Assembly (NCBI RefSeq): GCF_003918875.1
Contig: NW_025767096.1
Location: 372,001 to 436,000, forward strand
Source: Haliotis rubra
Taxonomy: Eukaryota
Reading direction: 5' to 3'
Length of the DNA: 64,000 nucleotides
The notes beneath the pieces are model-generated. The model saw nothing but the letters and a program-made list of their open reading frames with translations. It made no database searches and had not been told where the DNA came from. Numbering within the stretch: the first letter of the stretch is position 1; every line of letters starts with the position of its first letter. A program made the translations under genes and the position numbers. Positions 1 to 10,900 of the stretch are shown here, one piece after another.

Positions 1-2781
1 TGTGGGATTTTCTACGGCAGTTTGTTGGTTGCTTGAGTTGTTGTTTAACGCAGCCCTCAGCAATATTCCAGTGGTCTGTAAATAATCGAGTCTGGCCAGA
101 CAATCCAGTGATCAACAGCATGAGCATCGACCTATGCAATTGGGATACAATGACATGTGTCAACCAAGTCAGTGAGCCTGACCACCCGATCCTGTTAGTC
201 GCCTTTTACAACAAGCATGGGTTGATGAAGACCAAATCTAACCCAGATATATACAGGTTCTTGGGCAGAGAGTGTATGGAATAACGCACGCACAAACGTG
301 GCCCAGTTTGGGCAAGCTATTCGAACAGATAGATGGGTAACACCAAGGGTGACCATTTCGCAAGTTAATTAACAGTATACCATCAATAAGTTGTGCATGT
401 TTTGCACAATATTGTGGACACACCTGAAATTTTTCTACATGCCTGAAAATATTTTATGGACACATTTTCTCCTATACTATCATTTCATCAGTTAACCTCA
501 TTTTATGTGAGTACATTTTTCCTTTTCCTTTTCTTAAATACAAACCGGTTTTCCAATTTTTCCTGTCATCCCAAAGTGGGTACGTCACTGATTTGATAAG
601 AATGTTAGGAATTCACATCAAGCAAGGTAGATGGAAATTTGAGTTCCTGTGGTTAGAACATCGATAGTATTAACATGGCAAAAATAAGAAGTGCATACAC
701 TTCAACACAAGAGAGAGAGGTGTTTGGTCAGTACACCTACACACAAGACTAAAAGCATGTGCACTGAACCTTTACACACACATCTGATGTGTGACAAACT
801 GAAAATACAAATAAAAACATTAATACTGTTTATTTCATCTTAATCAAAGAACATCTTGTATAAAATCAACAACAGCTTATAATAAAAATCATAAACCACA
901 GCATAGCATCACACAATCATGTTTCTCACATAATAGTTAACAACAATTGAAGCCCTGGCTAAAGGAGCCATGTTACAATAAAAAAAACACTGGAGACATA
1001 CCTTCACCCAAATTTCAACCCCTGTATTGTTCAAGTGTACGTTAGGTTTAAATTCAATTCAAAATCTCACATATTAGCCACAATCCATATCCTACTTGAC
1101 TCAAATTCAGAACTGTAGTTCAAAGTTAACTAACCATCAAAATGAGAAAATATTTAGATCAGTTTTCAACTGATTCAGAGGAAGAGATCAACTTGCCAGA
1201 GTGAAAATATAGACATTTTTCACAAAACAAAAGAGTGCTCTGTGAAAGCTGCTCAATTGACATTCAAAACAGTTTCAGTCAATTTTATGATTGTCATTCT
1301 CATGAAATTGAAAAGCTTGATGCCATTTATAACTATCTTATATCAAATCATACTGCAATCATATCCTTACATGCCAATATAGTAAGCAAGCTTGACTACT
1401 GAGGTGAAAATGTAGATACCTCTAAAATATTGCTGATGCTAGGAACCAACCATTTTAAACATCTTTAGTGGGGCTGGTATTTATGCTTCAAAACATAGAT
1501 TTTTTCTCTGAACGGAGAAGCTGCACACTATTTACCACTCTTTCGTTTCCGTGGTATTCAGCATGTCTATTGCATGCTATATTTAGTGAAGAAACATTGA
1601 GAATATTGTGTCTGTTCAAGGAGCCTTTTGACTAGATGACACCAGCATCCCTGTTGCTGGACTGACATCCAAAGAGTGTGAAATGTTTGTGATGCTAACT
1701 CCTTAAGGAAGACCCACCTTACAATTGGTTTAAGGGGTAAACACTTTCATCATCATTTTTGTTTCACATATTTTTCATCCAGAAAACAAATGATAGGATT
1801 GCTAGAGAGATGGGGAGAGCATGGAGTCACAGTGGTCTAAACAAATGCGATCTCTTAGCAGAGGAAGCTTCAGTTGGTGTTTCTGTGGTTTCTGAGTGGT
1901 GAAGGTCTATCACCTCCTTAACTAACAAAGCTTCATCAGGCCAACACAGCAGCTCAACTCACTCATTCAGGAAAGAAATCCAAAGAGATGTAACTTTTTC
2001 AAGCTGGACATTACATAATCTAATTAACTACATGTAGGCAAACTGTTGTTAATCAAATGCAAACAAATTACCCAGCATATTCAAATACAAAAAGATTTTT
2101 CTCTTGGTTTTGATTGAATTATTGTGAATTTAAAAACTGTCCACTGCCCTTATTAGCAGACCCTAGATTACCATCAAGCCAAAAGAACTGTCCGGCAGCT
2201 GTCCGAAACTGACCAGTAATCACTGAAATCCAGACATGTAGCCTCCTCATAACCAAACTTCTCAAGAAACCTCTTGACCATCAATAGTGAAGCTCTTAGG
2301 AGCAATGGGGTAGCCTAGTGGTTAAAGCATTGGCATGTGATGCCGGAGATTCGGGTTCGATTCACCAGATGGGTACAATATGTGAAGCCCATTTTTGGTG
2401 TTCCCCACCATGATACTGCTGGAATATTGCTAAAAGTGGCATAAAAACATACTCACACCCTCAGTAAAGCTCTTTGTTCCATATCAAAACAAGAGGTCTC
2501 AATTCTGTATGGTGACAGCCTTTAAATTCAACTGAAAGTTTATAACCAGAATATTGACCTGTTCCAACCAATCAGATAGCTTTCAGTGGTGAGGTCGCAG
2601 AAGCAATTGTTGCTATGACTGTAATCACAACACTGAACTACTGGTAGAATGGATCATAAACAACTGCTTTAGATAACTGCAATCAATACCAATTAATGTC
2701 ATGTGTTAATATTTTAGTTTCAATGTCATAGCATTCATATTTCAGACTTTCTCAATCGAAACATATGACTCTGGGCTATAT

Positions 2782-3016
2782 CAGTGTATGAAATAAGGCC
2801 CATCCGACAGCCCGAGATGGACTAGATTTCTGACGGACGGTCTAAATTTACAGCTAGCCATCCCGATGGTCTGGTCAAACTTTTAGATGTTCCATACATC
2901 TGAGCAAATTCACCATATCTTGGTGTCTGGTCTGGTTAAATCCATTTTGGGCTGGTAACATTCAGAAGTTACCAGCCCTGATATCTGGCTGGATTTTTGA
3001 CTTATTTCATACACTG
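2782..3016. mobile_element. hAT-like MITE
   Basis: 16-bp TIR cagtgtatgaaataag; flanking direct repeat gctatat. Confidence 0.8.
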
Positions 3017-3080
3017 GCTATATATACAAGTAACGGTAGGTCTATTCTCCAGTGAGGTGAGGTTGATCGTAAGTCCTATA

Positions 3081-4108
3081 CAGTAGAACACGGATATAAC
3101 GAACTCCAAGGGACCAAGAAATTTAGTTCGCTATATCCGTTGTTCGTTATTCACATTGACCGCCATCTTGGATTGTAGAGATGTAGACATTCACAGACAT
3201 TACCTATATCATGTTGATAAATATGAAGTTTATTTTTATAATAAAATTGAAATAATACAACTACAACTTAAATAAATTTATTTTTTAATGAAAATGCAAG
3301 CTCACATTTATAATGTCCAGATAAACCACGAAAGAAGCAAAAACTGTAGCGATTTTTTTTTCCATTTGTGACATGTCATAACATGCCCGTGCCTTTTTCT
3401 TTTATATTTTCATTTTTATGTAATCAGGCTTTCCGCTCGCTAACATGACACAACAACGGAAATACCTCCGTTTTCGCTTCAGATGAATAAATAACATGCG
3501 AGGCTTAATCGTGGTGGTGTCTGGTATCGCTCGACAGTTCTGGAACATCAACAATATCACTGTACCCTTGCCGAGAGTATTTTCACAGTTGTAAAAAGCG
3601 ATTTTATTGATAAAGATTGGTTTCTAATGACGCTTTTCGCCACAGTCTGCTATAAGGATCGTGATTGGTCAAAATCAGACATGTGACCTAAGGCAGCCAA
3701 TCATACTACGGCAATGGATACCGCCCTCGGCCAACGAAAAACTTCGCTTTTCATAACGCTGTGGCCGATTATTCGCCTGGCGTAAGTTGAATGGGTTAAA
3801 CACGATATGTTTGTTTTGTTAATTAATTAATGACCATCAAACAATGTTGATTCACCGCCAACAAGATTGATGTATACTGTACCGCTAAGTGGCTGAGCTG
3901 ACACTGAGTGAGTTCACTAATCACGTCGTTAATTGGGTCTTGGGGGGTAGTAAATCAGTTCGCTATAGCCGTTAATTTGCTACTCACGAGTTCGTTATTC
4001 ACGTATAATTTTAATGATATTATAAAGGACTGTTGACAGGACTTTTAAATTTGTTCGCTATATCCGTCTGTACGCTATATCCGTGTTCGCTATAAGCATG
4101 TTCTACTG
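3081..4108. mobile_element. pogo/Tigger-type non-autonomous DNA transposon
   Basis: TA|cagtagaacacggatataacgaac ... gttcgctataagcatgttctactg|TA, with subterminal gttcgctata repeats. Confidence 0.85.
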
Positions 4109-4934
4109 TACTTTAACATTTGCTTATGATGGTCGTAACTCCAATATTGCTTTGTGAAACATGGCCCATGAATAAACCTGAGCATCACTTACCATATATT
4201 TCTATATGTAAAAGACATCTAAAAATACTTTCCCATGTTAACTTCCTGAAGAATACTGTCTATTTTTGTGTACAGAGTGAGATCACCATGCTGATAGTAG
4301 AAACTGAAACAGATATCAGGGCTTGATTTAAAAACAGGAAACCTACTTCCAACTGGTATTAACCTTGTAGCACCAGACAAAAACAGTTTGCATCTGGTGC
4401 TGAGACAAAATTAGTAAGAGTCTGATGAGGTCACTTTATCTAACTTAATAAAATTCCATCATATGAACACTAACGGTCATGGTCTTACTGTCCATGCAGC
4501 CATCAGAGTCACTGCTCCAAGTCATTTCCTTGCCATTCTGTTTTCAAACTGAAGTCTGTGTTCTTTGAGCAGCAAAAATAAAAACATGCAGTGGGTGCCA
4601 GTTGGTACCGGTATAAGTATGAGGTTGCATTTTGCAGTTTCAGGCTGCACCAGTGCAAGTTCTAAATGCTTAAATCTAGCCGTGAATATCATGTTTTGTG
4701 AGTTTCCAATGGCAACAGCATAGCATCTCACTCTTGACATCACATACAACATAGCCATCAAATACCATTTCAGCAGGTCTCTGGAATATTTCACACATAT
4801 ATCAACATGACATCAATATCATTTATACATATGAATGGTGGAGGTTCAGAGTGTATGAAAATATAGGAGGTTTCTTCCCGAATTGTATATCCTGTATATT
4901 ATTATTGTAATCACTATCTGGAAGGATATGCACA

Positions 4935-7900
4935 CTATCCAAACCAGTGCTGGCCTTGGCAGTCCCGATCCCACACCTTGTTGCACACCCAGCACCAGTC
5001 TTCCCCGCACCGTGGACACAGCATGTGCATACAACCACCTGTAACAGAGCATAACACAGTGTGACGGAGTTTCACAGAGCGTCACAGAGAGTAACAGTGT
5101 AACAGAGTGTAACAGGCCATGTTTGTGAAAGACAATAGCAGGGAGAGAGGTGACTTCTGACCTACTCCCACACTCAGCAACACCAGAACTACACAAAAAA
5201 CCTGAAAGGTTTAGGGTCTGTGTGATTTAGTGGTCGATAGCATGAGCAATACTCTTTGGATACAATGTCTCTCTTACAGATAAAGAATTATACCACCACC
5301 AATTCTGACCCAGAATTTAAAAAGGCATGAGAAGATGACGATTATTTTCTGTGTACTTATGTTATAGGTATTCGACTTACATAAGATCATTAAAGATGCT
5401 TCCCCTTACTACATATGTCTCTTGCCATTGTGGTGGCAAGTATGGACTGACTAACATTTGACTTGAATTTCTAAACATACTGATGTAGACTTCTGAGACC
5501 GTGACTGACCGTTTCTCTCAGTCCTGGAGCCACACTTTGGACAGGGCTTGGTGGTGCGGTCTATCAGCGTTCGAGACTGGTCCTCCCACCGAGACCGTCA
5601 GCCTGGAGTGGGTCCACCAAGTAGTCCTGGAGAGACAGTCACCAAACACTGAAACAATCCTCCACACCAAAGTCACTTCTACTGGACCCATGAAGATCCG
5701 GGCTAGAATATAGATCTTCAGTAACCCATGCTTGTCGTAAGAGGCAACTAACGGGATCAGGTGGTCAGGCTCGCTGACTTGGTTGACACATGTCATCCCA
5801 GATAGCATTCAGATGTTGGCCCAACGTCTGAATGCTATCTGGGATCCGTTCCCAATTGCGCAGATCGCTGCTCATGTTGTTGATCACTGGATTGTCTGGT
5901 CCAGACTCGATTATTTACAGATCGCCGCCATATAGCTGGAATATTGCTGAGTGCGGTGTAAAACTAAACTCACTCACTCACTCACTTCTACTACTACAGT
6001 AGGAAGTCCCAATACAAATGGCAAGATATCATGTACTGTGTATCATATAACAACCTTGCTGTCAAGATGTATCATCAGGCAGTCTCCCTCCTTGGCTTCT
6101 TTCAGATCAGTCCTGATAATCCATCTCTTTGCATGTATCTACCTCTAACTCCAATCTGTTCTTACTCTCTAGATATGCTTACACAACCTTAACGTCCATT
6201 AGTATCAGTGTTGTTGTTTCTGTAAGATAACAGTGTATCAGTGCTGTTGTTTCTGTAAGATAACAGTGTATCAGTGTTGTTGTTTCTGTAAGATAACAGT
6301 GTATCAGTGTTGTTGTTTCTGTAAGATAACAGTGTATCAGTGTTGTTGTTTCTGTAAGATAACAGTGTATCAGTGTTGTTGTTTCTGTAAGATAACAGTG
6401 TATCAGTGCTGTTGTTTCTGTAAGATAACAGTGTATCAGTGTTGTTGTTTCTGTAAGATAACAGTGTATCAGTGTTGTTGTTTCTGTAAGATAACAGTGT
6501 ATCAGTGCTGTTGTTTCTGTAAGATAACAGTGTATCAGTGTTGTTTCTGTAAGATAACAGTGTATCAGTGCTGTTGTTTCTGTAAGATAACAGTGTATCA
6601 GTGCTGTTGTTTCTGTAAGATAACAGTGTATCAGTGCTGTTGTTTCTGTAAGATAACAGTGTATCTGTAAGATAACAGTGTATCAGTGTTGTTTCTGTAA
6701 GATAACAGTGTATCAGTGCTGTTGTTTCTGTAAGATAACAGTGTATCAGTGCTGTTGTTTCTGTAAGATAACAGTGTATCAGTGTTGTTGTTTCTGTAAG
6801 ATAACAGTGTATCAGTGCTGTTGTTTCTGTAAGATAACAGTGTATCAGTGTTGTTGTTTCTGTAAGATAACAGTGTATCAGTGCTGTTGTTTCTGTAAGA
6901 TAACAGTGTATCAGTGCTGTTGTTTCAAGATATCACAGTATCATCTGTCTCCCAGTCCTAACAGTGTATCAGTGCTGTTGTTTCTGTAAGATAACAGTGT
7001 ATCAGTGCTGTTGTTCCAGTGCATCAGTGTTGTTTCTGTAAGATAACAGTGTATCAGGCGCTGTTGTTTCTGTAAGATAACAGTGTATCAGTGCTGTTGT
7101 TTCTGTAAGATAACAGTGTATCAGTGCTGTTGTTTCTGTAAGATAACAGTGTATCAGTGCTGTTGTTTCTGTAAGATGCTGTTGTTTCTGTAAGATGTAT
7201 GTATCAGTGTGTTGTTGTTTCTGTAAGATAACAGTGTATCAGTGTTGATAACAGTTGTATCAGTGCTGTTGTTCTGTAAGATAACAGTGTATCAGTGCTG
7301 TTGTTTCTGTAAGATAACAGTGTATCAGTGCTGTTGTTTCTGTAAGATAACAGTGTATCAGTGTTGTTGTTTCTGTAAGATAACAGTGTATCAGTGTTGT
7401 TTCTGTAAGATAACAGTGTATCAGTGTTGTTGTTTCTGTAAGATAACAGTGTATCAGTGTTGTTTCTGTAAGATAACAGTGTATCAGTGCTGTTGTTTCT
7501 GTAAGATAACAGTATATCAGTGCTGAGTATAAAAGTTAGCAGGGCTAAAACACAACCACTTTAAAGAAAGGGGTCGGATGTTCTTAAAAATGTCCTGTCA
7601 CTGGCGTTATTCTCATTGTTACTTACCAGAGGTGAGAGTGTGAGGAGAGGGTTGACATCACAAGGCCCGTCATGGTACTCATTCTTGCAGTCACGACAAA
7701 ATGTCATCTGTAACATGAGAGTGAGTGAGTGAGTGGGTGAGAGAGAGAGACATAGAGTGAGTGAGTGAGATAGAGAGAGAGAGAGAGTGAGAGTGAGTGA
7801 GTGAGTGAGTGAGTGAGTGAGTGAGTGAGTGAGTGAGTGAGTGAGTGAGTGAGTAGTGAGTGAGTGAGTTGTAGATACATTCCAGCAATAGTATGGCAAA

Positions 7901-10900
7901 GGGTATGATAAATGGGACTCAAACACTGTACCTATGTCAAGTGGAAAGATGATAAACGGTCAGGGACATAGTTCCTGAACTGGGGCACTGTCCATGACAT
8001 TGTAACAATTTGCCTGCTGTTTGATTAAAGGTCTGACAACACCTGGTAAATACCACTGCTGTTCGACATTTTGCACAACTTGTTACTGCAACAAGGAAAG
8101 CAGTAGACCTAAAAACATCATCATCAATTAGGACATGACATGTTTACCATGCAGTCCTTGGCAACACAGGTGACTTTCCTCCCCGCTGTGTCAAGGACGA
8201 AGCCCATCCCACATCCTGGTCCTGGACACAGCACGCCACCATCTTGTAGTACATACTCTTCTGTAGCGAACGTGTTGAACCGTTCATACTGCAACATTTT
8301 GATACATTTTTATAAGTAGATAATGGTGAAATGAATATTTTAAACACTTCCTTTCTGCTGGGGCCACATATAACTAATTGTATACAGCAGTGTAAACCAT
8401 GTCAGAAACTGACCCACTACATTCCCTGTTTCCCTGTAAGGCGTCTGGGTTAGAACACGATCCCAAAATCTCATTCTTGATATCAATTGAAAATGAACCC
8501 CTCTCACACAGGTAACATGAATCCCTCCTACCCAGTTAACATGAACCCCTCTCACCCAGGTAATATGAACCCCTCACCCAGGTAACATGAACCCCTCTCA
8601 CCTGGGTAACCACGAACCCCTCACCCAGGAAACATGAACCCCTCTCACCTGGGTAACATGAACCCCTCACCCAGGTAACATGAACCCCTCTTGCCAGGGT
8701 AACACAAACCCCTCACCCAGGTAACACAAACCGCTAACCCAGGTAACACGAACACCCCTTTCACCCAGGCAACATGAACCTCTCACCCAGGTAAGACAAA
8801 CCCCTCTCACCTGCTCATCTCCCAGTAGGTGGAAATGGTGGCTCTCCTGGATCTCCGAGCTGGGACAGCCAGCTGAAACATACCAGGTCTGATACAACAC
8901 CTGGTTACTGTGGTTGGGAGGATCGTATTTGGTCAAGAAGAGGGCATCATTTCTTTTTAATGTGTTTCACGTAAGTCACCATGGGTCAGTCGAATTCTGA
9001 ACATGGGTCAGTCGGTCGGTAAAAAACCCCAACTTAATAAAGCCAAAATTATCTGAATAATGTTCTTGATTCTCATTTATTGAAATTCTTATTACTTAAA
9101 CATTTATATGACAAGGCAGTATGTTTTAGGTTCGAGTCGGCGGTGTTGGAATGAAAAATAAAAGATGAAGAATTTGGGGAAGGTCAGCAAAAAATTTTTA
9201 GAAGGGTCAGTCGGTCGATGAGAAACACAAAAAATAAAAATGCTGCCCATATATCTAATGTACTGAAGTTACAGTGCCCTGGGTGATTCACTGACCAGGA
9301 GTGGCAGGGTATATCTCAACATGCATGTTTATCTGACCTGTACCTTGCCTCTACAGAGCAAGGCTGGGTGTACCTTGTCTCTACAGGGCAAGGCTGGGTG
9401 TATCTTGTCTTGCCTGATTTACTAACCTGGCCATGGTAGAGTGTATTTAGCCCTGAATGTTTTACTAACAGGGCAAGGCAGGGTGTACCTTGTGTCTACA
9501 GGGCAAGGCTGGGTGTACCTTGTGTCTACTGTTAAACTAACCTGGCCATGGTAGAGTGTATTTAGCCCTGAATGTTTTACTAACAGGGCAAGGCAGGGTG
9601 TACCTTGTGTCTACTGTTAAACTAACCTGGCCATGGTAGGGTGTATTTAGCCCTGAATGTTTTACTGACAGGGCAAGGCTGGGTGTACCTTGTCTCTACT
9701 GTTTAACTAACCTGGCCAAGGTAGGGTGTATTTAGCCCTGAATGTTTTACTAACAGGGCAAGGCTGGGTGTACCTTGTGTCTACTGTTTAACTAACCTGG
9801 CCATGGTAGGGTGTATTTAGCCCTGAATGTTTTACTGACAGGGCAAGGCTGGGTGTACCTTGTGTCTACTGTTTAACTAACCTGGCCATGGTAGAGTGTA
9901 TTTAGCCCTGAATGTTTTACTAACCTGGGCAAGGCAGGGTGTACCCATGCTCTGGGTGCTTAATGAACCTGCGTTCACTCAACTGGGTGATTCCATATAT
10001 TTTGAAGCATTCGATGCACATCACGTGTCCTGACTCACAGGGGAACACCAGCACAGGAGATCTGCAGAAGTATTTCTGTTTTAAACATCATAATCATACA
10101 AAGGAAAACTGTTGGACACTTCACTTAGCAATATCCCAGCTGTAATACAGTTGCCTGTAAATAATCCAGTCTGGACCACATAACCCAGCTGTGGATATTG
10201 AAAGCAACGATCTATGCTGTCAATGAATGTCATCAACAAAGTCCTTGAGTTGGATCAACAACCAGCCTCCAACCACCAGTATAGGTCGAAGGGGGCAATT
10301 CCAACCTTGGAACTCCATATGTGTACCCTCGCCATTTGTCAAATAATGCCATGATTACATCATCAGTTCTGCTATGCTTGGGAATGTTTTTCAGACTGAT
10401 TTCTCATTCCAGTATATTTTGAATAATTATTTAAGATTTGATGTTGGGAGACCTAACCCTCCCAACCATCACAATTTAATTAATGTTAGAACATAGCAGT
10501 AATACTGAACAGCTCCTGACCTGCCTCACCAGTAACACGTTTGAGATATACTACGGTACTCAAAACAAGTCAAAGATAATCTGATCCTTTCATATTGCTA
10601 TAGTTTATCAGTCATGGCATAACATGAGTGAGTGATTTTTGGTTTTACGCCGCCGCTTTTAGCAATATTACAGTAATATCATGGTGGGGGGACACCAGAA
10701 ATGGGCTTCACACATCTTACCCATGTGGGGAATCGAACCTGGATCTTTGGCATAATGAGCGAACACATTAACCACTATGCTACTATAGTGATATGAATGA
10801 ATTACATGCTTTTTTACCCCTTTTGAGTAGTATACTTCAATCAATTTGCAAACACAGCTTTTAAGACATTCCGAAAAAGGCAGACCACTTAAATCACCAC

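Noticed and set aside
6233-7526. Metallothionein-like Cys-rich ORFs
   Set aside because: Translations of a 33-bp minisatellite, starting at GTG/TTG, inside a parkin intron.
7561-7926. His/Ser/Leu/Thr-repeat proteins
   Set aside because: Translation of a (TCAC)n microsatellite; only 7707-7627 is a real exon.
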